Shown here: piece by piece, positions 58,161 to 64,000 of the stretch
How the letters are laid out: every line of letters begins with the position of its first letter
Position numbering within the stretch: position 1 is the stretch's first letter
Assembly (NCBI GenBank): GCA_963664295.1
Contig: OY760935.1
Span: 1,024,001-1,088,000, forward strand
Source: Candidatus Altimarinota bacterium
Lineage (GTDB): Bacteria > Patescibacteriota > Gracilibacteria > CAIRYL01 > GCA-016699755
Direction of reading: 5' to 3'
DNA: 64,000 nucleotides
Program-made: the position numbers and the translations under genes
Notes under the pieces: model-generated
Told to the model about the DNA's origin: nothing
The model's database searches: none
The model's input: the letters and a program-made list of their open reading frames with translations, nothing else

Positions 58161-59545
58161 ATTTCAATAATATCTCCCTCTTCTGGCACAATAACATTCG
58201 CAGAAGGAATATTTTTTTGTAGAGTTTTTTGATATCCCAAAGCCTGACTTTCTTCGCCATGGACAATAAAAATATTTTTTAAGCCCTTAATGTGCATAGC
58301 AAATTCTAAGAGCTCGTTTTTGTCTGCATGACCAGAATAGCCGTTAATAACTTCAACGTCAGCACGTACTTTATGCATTTCGTCAAAAATTTTAACCATC
58401 TTACGACCTTCTACAAGCTTTCTACCTAAAGTATGTTCAGCCATAAAACCAACAATTAAAATTGTGTTTTTTGGGTCACCAATAGAATTGCGTAAATGGT
58501 GACGAATACGACCTGCTTCACACATTCCGCTAGCAGAAACAACAATGCAAGATCCCATGTAGCTATTTATTGCCTTTGATTCTTCAACTGAAGCTGTGAA
58601 TTGAATATCACCAAATGGCCTTTTTCCTTTATTAAAAAAATCTTTACTCGTTTCTTCATCAAAAAAATCTTTATTTTTTGAAAATATTTTTGTCACTTTT
58701 GTTGCCAAAGGGCTATCAATAAAAATAGGTATTTTCGGAATTTCCCCATTTACCATTAAATAATTAAGGTCATAGACAATCTCTTGTGTTCTTTCTAAGG
58801 CAAAAGAAGGAATAATAATTTTCCCGCCTTTTGATATGGTTTTATTGATTACTTTTTGTAATTTTCCGCGATTGTCTTCAGTTGGTGGATGCTCTCTAAG
58901 TCCATATGTACTTTCTGTAATTAAAATATCCGCTTGATCAATAAATTCAGGATCTTCGAGAATATTTCTGTTTTTTCTTCCTAAATCACCAGTAAAAACC
59001 AATTTTTTTTCTTTACCGTTTTCTTTGATTTTTAAAACCACAATTTCAGAACCTAAAACATGACCAGCATCATAAAAAATACAAGTAATTTCATCTGTAA
59101 TTTTAAATTCTTTGTGTAAAGGTTTGGGACTAAAAAATTTAGCTGTTTCTTGGGCATCTTTTTGATTATAAATTGGCTCAATGGGTTTAAGGGCTGTTGC
59201 GCTAAGTTTTCGCGCAAAATATTCATTATCTTTTTCTTGGATATAAGCAGAATCAAGTAGCATAACCTTAGTAATATCTGCTGTTGCTGATGAGCAATAA
59301 ATTTTTCCTTTAAATCCATTTTTTGTTAATGTTGGTAAGGCGCCAGAGTGGTCAATATGAGCATGTGATAAAACCACAGCAGTTAATTTTTTTGGATCCA
59401 AAGGAAGATTACTGTTTTTTTCAAAACTTTTTTTACGTGGACCTTGAAACAATCCACATTCCAAAAGCACCTGCTTGCCGGCAACTTCAATTAAATGTTT
59501 TGATCCAGTAACGTTTCTAGCTGCTCCTAAAAAATGTATTTTCAT
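58157..59545 (-). CDS. MBL-fold beta-CASP RNA-metabolising hydrolase
   Basis: VTGS, SHAHIDHSG, AGHVLGS, FTGDLG, ESTYG, SGMCEAGRI.HH, SGHAD, VHGE. Confidence 0.92.
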   Translation of the reverse strand: MKIHFLGAARNVTGSKHLIEVAGKQVLLECGLFQGPRKKSFEKNSNLPLDPKKLTAVVLSHAHIDHSGALPTLTKNGFKGKIYCSSATADITKVMLLDSAYIQEKDNEYFARKLSATALKPIEPIYNQKDAQETAKFFSPKPLHKEFKITDEITCIFYDAGHVLGSEIVVLKIKENGKEKKLVFTGDLGRKNRNILEDPEFIDQADILITESTYGLREHPPTEDNRGKLQKVINKTISKGGKIIIPSFALERTQEIVYDLNYLMVNGEIPKIPIFIDSPLATKVTKIFSKNKDFFDEETSKDFFNKGKRPFGDIQFTASVEESKAINSYMGSCIVVSASGMCEAGRIRHHLRNSIGDPKNTILIVGFMAEHTLGRKLVEGRKMVKIFDEMHKVRADVEVINGYSGHADKNELLEFAMHIKGLKNIFIVHGEESQALGYQKTLQKNIPSANVIVPEEGDIIEI

Positions 59546-59663
59546 TTGTTATTTTGTTTTAAAGCCTTAAAAAACCTATTCATATCTCTATATTTTATCA
59601 TAAAGAAACCTTAATTTCAATCTTAGTCTTTTATTTAAGGCATTTTTGTGGCATTTTTAAGAG

Positions 59664-60551
59664 GTGAAAAGTTTTAGAGAAAATTCCCTTCATCAAGGCA
59701 AAAATTGGCAAAAATTCCAAGATTCTTTGGGTATAAAAACAGTAAACCTTAAAAACATTCTTATATTAGTTAAAAAAATACCTTTTGGTAAAAGTTTTTT
59801 AGAAATTCAAAGAGCGGACTTAGATAGACAAATTTGGGAACAAATAATTCAATTAGCAAAAAAAGAAAAAACAATTTTTTGTAGGATTGCATTAAATACA
59901 GACATAATGCCTAATTTTTTAGAAAAAAAAGCATGTTTTTTAAAAAATCACCGCTTTCCTGAGCTAAGTTTAATGTTAGACCTAGAAAAAAATGAGGAAG
60001 AATTATTAAAAGACATGAACCAGACAGGAAGAAGACATTTAAAAAAAGCTAAAAAAGAAGGCGTAGTTATTGAAAAATCCACAAATATAGATAAATTTAT
60101 GGAAATTTTTTCCGAAACCACAAAAAGAGATGGTTTTAGTGGTCATCAAAAAAATTATTACAAAAAATTACTAAATATTTTTGAAAATAATGCTTTTATG
60201 CTTTTAGCAAAACATGAAAAAGAAATTTTAGCAGGAGGTATTTTTGCTTACACAGAAGATACTTGTATTTATCTCTATGGAGCTTCATCAAATCAAAAAA
60301 GAAAATTGCAAGCACCGACTTTATTGCAATGGGAAGCCATTTTAGAAGCTAAAAAAGCAGGCAAAACAATATATGATTTTTTTGGAATAGCACCAGAAAA
60401 TCAAAAAAATCATCCTTGGCAAGGAGTGAGTCAGTTTAAAAGAAAATTTGGCGGTATAGAAATTGCCTATGTGCCACAATTTGAAATTATTTTCTCAAAA
60501 TTTTGGTATTTTTTGTTTAATTTAGCAAAAAAAATCAGAAAATTAATTTAA
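59664..60551 (+). CDS. FemAB/FemX family peptidoglycan bridge aminoacyltransferase
   Basis: Q...WQKF, LDL...EEELL, YLYGAS, LLQWEAI..AK, YDFFG, GV..FK..FGG. Confidence 0.88.
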   Translation: MKSFRENSLHQGKNWQKFQDSLGIKTVNLKNILILVKKIPFGKSFLEIQRADLDRQIWEQIIQLAKKEKTIFCRIALNTDIMPNFLEKKACFLKNHRFPELSLMLDLEKNEEELLKDMNQTGRRHLKKAKKEGVVIEKSTNIDKFMEIFSETTKRDGFSGHQKNYYKKLLNIFENNAFMLLAKHEKEILAGGIFAYTEDTCIYLYGASSNQKRKLQAPTLLQWEAILEAKKAGKTIYDFFGIAPENQKNHPWQGVSQFKRKFGGIEIAYVPQFEIIFSKFWYFLFNLAKKIRKLI

Positions 60552-60587
60552 TTATCAAGATTTACGCTTTTGTGAGATAATTTTTTT

Positions 60588-61028
60588 GTGAAAATAATCG
60601 CAAATAACAAAAAGGCTTTTTTTGATTATGAAGTTCTGGAAAAAATTGAAGCAGGAATAGTGCTTTTAGGTTGTGAAATAAAATCAATTCGTGAAGGCAA
60701 GGTAAACTTAAAAGGAAGTTATATTACAATAAGACAAGAAGAAGTTTGGCTAAAAAATGTTCATATTTCTCCCTATAAATTTTGCACAGAACAAGTAGAT
60801 CCCTTAAGAGAAAGAAAATTGTTGCTTAATAAAAGAGAAATTAAAAAAATAGAGCAAAAATTAAATGAACAAGGAACAACCTGTGTTCCATTGGCCATAG
60901 GGCTTAAAAAAAATTACTGCAAATTGGAAATTGCGCTTGTGCGAGGAAAAAAGAAATACGACAAGAGAGCAAGTCTAAAAAAACGTGATCAGGAAAGAGA
61001 AATTTCTCGTAAAATAAAACAATTTTAA
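60588..61028 (+). CDS. smpB: SsrA-binding protein
   Basis: NKKA.FDY, EAGIVL.G.EIKSIR, R.RKLLL, GKKKYDKR. Confidence 0.97.
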   Translation: MKIIANNKKAFFDYEVLEKIEAGIVLLGCEIKSIREGKVNLKGSYITIRQEEVWLKNVHISPYKFCTEQVDPLRERKLLLNKREIKKIEQKLNEQGTTCVPLAIGLKKNYCKLEIALVRGKKKYDKRASLKKRDQEREISRKIKQF

Positions 61029-61060
61029 AAAATCTATTTTTATGTTAAAAATAGTTAGCA

Positions 61061-62158
61061 ATGAATAACAATAAACATTCAAACCAAGGGCTAATAATAT
61101 TTTTTATTGCTATTTTTCTAATCGTCATTACAAGAGGCGCAATAATACCTTTTTTTATAATTGGCTACATTATTTATAAAGTATTTTTTGCAGAAATTAA
61201 GAAAAATTTGCAAAATTATGCTGAAAAAATTAAAAAAAATACTCAAGAAATTAAATTAAAACCCAATCAGAAGGGTGTTTTTTCTTCAAATTTTACTAAA
61301 CCAAAAATGCCTGAAATTAAAATCAAAGCAAGACATATAATTATTTCTTTGCTTATTGTTTTGGCTACTTTTATTGTGATTGACGGACTTGTTTCCGTGC
61401 CAGCAGGTCATGTTGCTGTGATTTATGATCGTGGTCGTGGTGTATTGGATGAAGAGTTGCCACCTGGTTTGCACCTCAAAATTCCTTTTTGGCAAACCTC
61501 TATTGTAATGGAAACAAGATTACAAGAATATACAATGAGCATTGCTCCTGGAGAAGGTGCTTATTATTATGCTGATCCAATATCTTCTCTTACAGAAGAT
61601 GGCCAACAAGTTGATGTTGATGCTACTATTTGGTATTACATTGATAACCAAAAAGCATCTGATATTTATCAAGATATTGGCTTAAATTATGAAGAAAAAG
61701 TTATTCGCCCTGATGTTCGTAGGGTTATTCGAGAGGCCGTCACCGACTATAGTTCTAAATCTCTTTATAACCTAGAAACAAGAGAACAATTATCAGCTGA
61801 CATTAGAGAAAGATTGACTGCAAGTTATGCCACAAAAAATATTATTCTTGACGATGTTTTAATTAGAAATATTCGTTTTTCAGAGGTGTATCTTGATGCT
61901 ATTGAGCAAAAACAGGTTGAACAACAAAAAATTGAGAAGGCTGAATACGAACGTCAGCAAGCAGAAATAATTAAACAAAAGAAAATTATTGAAGCAGAAG
62001 CAGAAGCCGAAGCTATAAAAATAAGAGGAGAGGCGCTTAGGGAAAATCCTGAAATTATTGAGCTTAATTTTGTTGAAAAAATGGCACCAAATATTAATTG
62101 GGGCATTTTACCTGACAATACAATTCCTTTGCTTGATTTAAAATCTATTCAAAATTAA
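61061..62158 (+). CDS. SPFH/prohibitin family membrane protein
   Basis: VPAGHVAV, PGLHLKIPFWQ, AIEQKQV..Q, EAEAEAEAI. Confidence 0.9.
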   Translation: MNNNKHSNQGLIIFFIAIFLIVITRGAIIPFFIIGYIIYKVFFAEIKKNLQNYAEKIKKNTQEIKLKPNQKGVFSSNFTKPKMPEIKIKARHIIISLLIVLATFIVIDGLVSVPAGHVAVIYDRGRGVLDEELPPGLHLKIPFWQTSIVMETRLQEYTMSIAPGEGAYYYADPISSLTEDGQQVDVDATIWYYIDNQKASDIYQDIGLNYEEKVIRPDVRRVIREAVTDYSSKSLYNLETREQLSADIRERLTASYATKNIILDDVLIRNIRFSEVYLDAIEQKQVEQQKIEKAEYERQQAEIIKQKKIIEAEAEAEAIKIRGEALRENPEIIELNFVEKMAPNINWGILPDNTIPLLDLKSIQN

Positions 62159-62215
62159 TTACACTTGTAATTTTTGTAATTTTCGATAAAATAATTTCTA
62201 CTTTTTATTTATAAA

Positions 62216-62869
62216 ATGGCGGTTCTAAAAGTAAATCCAACAAGAATGAACCTTTTAAGCTTAAAAAAGCAGATTAAAACTGCTAAAAGAGGTCATAAAT
62301 TGCTCAAAGACAAGCGTGATGGTTTGATGAAAAAATTTATGGAAATTATTCGTGAAGCAAGAGAATTAAGAAAAGAAGCAGAAGAAAAAATAGGTAATGT
62401 TTTTTCACATTTTTTATCAGCAAGCGCAATTATGTCTGCAGAAGAAATTGAAAGCTCTTTATTGCTTTCTACTGCGGAATTAAGCCTTGATGTTGAAACA
62501 AAAAATATTATGAGTGTACATGTTCCAGAATTTAAATCAGAATTTTCTGGTTCTACCAAGGCATATTCTCCAAATTTTACATCAGGCGAGCTTGATATTG
62601 CTCTAGACAAACTTCAGGAGCTTTTTCCACTTTTATTAAGACTGGCTGAAATTGAAAAAAAAGCAGAAGCAATGGCAGATGAAATTGAAAAAACGCGTCG
62701 CAGAGTAAATGCTCTTGAGCACAGACGCATTCCTGACTTACAAGACACGCTTCGTTTTATTACAATCAAACTTGAAGAAATGGCTAGAGATTCATTGATT
62801 TCTGTGATGCAAGTAAAAAGTATGATTGAAGCAAAGGAGGAGGCGGAAAAAAAGGCAAAAAAACAATAA
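62216..62869 (+). CDS. V/A-type ATP synthase subunit D
   Basis: NPTRMNL, RGHKLLKDKRDGL, EIEKTRRRVNALE. Confidence 0.93.
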   Translation: MAVLKVNPTRMNLLSLKKQIKTAKRGHKLLKDKRDGLMKKFMEIIREARELRKEAEEKIGNVFSHFLSASAIMSAEEIESSLLLSTAELSLDVETKNIMSVHVPEFKSEFSGSTKAYSPNFTSGELDIALDKLQELFPLLLRLAEIEKKAEAMADEIEKTRRRVNALEHRRIPDLQDTLRFITIKLEEMARDSLISVMQVKSMIEAKEEAEKKAKKQ

Positions 62870-62885
62870 ACTAAATTTAGACATC

Positions 62886-62912
62886 AAAAGGAGCCCAAAA
62901 GGCTCTTTTTTT
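62886..62912 (+). terminator. Intrinsic terminator
   Basis: AAAAGGAGCC-CAAAA-GGCTCTTTTTTT. Confidence 0.8.
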
Positions 62913-63007
62913 GTGCTTAAAAACTAACTATTTGTTTGTTTTTTAAGTGTTTTTGTGTTATAATTTTATGATAAAGTCTATCCTTATATCTCAAAAACAA
63001 AAATTTA

Positions 63008-64000
63008 ATGAGCAATAAAAAAACAAATTATACGGTTGCACGCTTTGAAGATCTGGAAAAGAACGAGACCACCATTGAACAACATTCCAGCTTACATAGA
63101 TTTTTAAATCTTAGTTTTGCACTAGTAATAACAGTTTTAACCGTAGGTATAGCTTGGTTTTTTGGGGATAATGCAGTGAGAGATATTGGCTCAAGAATGA
63201 CAATCGAGGTTGATGGAAAAGTTGTTATTACTGATGAGTTTGGCAAAAGCCGAGAAGCTGTGGACAAAATTTTTGTTTATGAAGGCGAAACAATTGAGAC
63301 AGATGAATTTTCTAGTGCATCAATTAAGTTGCCAGATTTGTCAGAATTAAGGCTCGACAATAACTCAAAAATAAAAATCAACAAACAAGATGATTTTTAT
63401 ATCAATAATGGCCATATTTGGCTGTTTAGTGCTGGCAATGTCACAATTGGCGCAGAAAAAGTTAATTTTATCGCCGAAAATACATCTGCTGATTTTTTAA
63501 TCAATGATGTTTATGAGGTCTCTTCTTGGCGACATAATCTTGAAGTTGACTTAACTCTTGATGAAGCAGGCTTGTCAAAATCAATTTTATTGCCAGTTGG
63601 CACCAGGATTATGTTTTCTCCAAAACAATTAAATAGTGATTTTGATTTATTGCGTTTTTCTAAGTTAAAAAAAGAATTAAAACTACACTTTGCGAGCATG
63701 ACTGATTGGGAAAGTATAAACTTGGAAAAAGATCAGGAAAGATTATTAGTTTTTGAAGATGAAGCTTTTTCTATTGATATAAGTGCCAGAGAGCCTTCAG
63801 AAAGCTTCTTTTTTATGAAAATGTTTTTCGCATTTTTTCCAGAAAAAAAACTAAGCCTTGAAAATAATTTTATTAGCAGAGAAATTAATAAAGTTTTTAA
63901 AGAATTGTCAGAAAATAATTTTCAATCGGCAAAAAGATCTATAATAGGGCAAAATTTTTCAGAAAATCAATTAGAAGATATGTGGCTTAAAACAAGGGCT
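63008..64000 (+). CDS. FecR-like domain membrane protein, partial (runs off window end)
   Basis: ATG 63008 MSNKKTNY..., one TM, then GETIETDEFSSASIKLPDLSELRLDNNSKI resembling the FecR domain; no stop seen in the portion translated. Confidence 0.65.
   Translation, partial: MSNKKTNYTVARFEDLEKNETTIEQHSSLHRFLNLSFALVITVLTVGIAWFFGDNAVRDIGSRMTIEVDGKVVITDEFGKSREAVDKIFVYEGETIETDEFSSASIKLPDLSELRLDNNSKIKINKQDDFYINNGHIWLFSAGNVTIGAEKVNFIAENTSADFLINDVYEVSSWRHNLEVDLTLDEAGLSKSILLPVGTRIMFSPKQLNSDFDLLRFSKLKKELKLHFASMTDWESINLEKDQERLLVFEDEAFSIDISAREPSESFFFMKMFFAFFPEKKLSLENNFISREINKVFKELSENNFQSAKRSIIGQNFSENQLEDMWLKTRA

Overview
AT-rich 64-kb chromosomal segment of a small-genome bacterium, most likely CPR/Patescibacteria (Peregrinibacteria-like). 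This is inferred from PilT, a TrbC/VirB2-type pilin, SLH S-layer proteins, a giant AW-x4-GW-repeat surface protein, and PEGA and FemAB proteins; Shine-Dalgarno motifs are not evident. TGA is used as stop, so this is not a code-25 lineage. Content is mostly housekeeping: ribBA, trpS, guaB, rpiB, rpe, purH, thyX, ftsH, topA, HU, pheT, aspartate kinase, asd, thrC, clpB (with CIRCE), glmS, eno, cysS, dut, smpB and a V-ATPase D subunit, plus four tRNAs (His-GTG, Ile-GAT, Ser-GCT, Gln-TTG). No integrase, transposase, RT or cas gene was recognised. The most striking signal is non-coding: every tRNA gene has an adjacent repeat element, and at His, Ser and Gln these are built from the tRNA's own sequence. 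Type A (80-83 bp; 5 copies after tRNA-His, 2 copies before tRNA-Ser in mirror geometry) is an inverted copy of that tRNA's anticodon arm in a hairpin, then TATCTA, then a 17-nt duplicate of the tRNA terminus. Type B (186-189 bp; after tRNA-Ser and tRNA-Gln) is an RtT-like unit whose duplicated T-arm/CCA end is split by a conserved ~95-nt GA-rich structured insert. Other candidates are an unannotated 28-aa (GGCGGGCC)x2 peptide, a GC-rich multibranch ncRNA-like element after eno, a degenerate sigma-70 paralog, and an AroK-fold kinase overlapping thrC (THNSL1-like split architecture, possible alternative homoserine kinase). All calls are by-eye; no searches were run.
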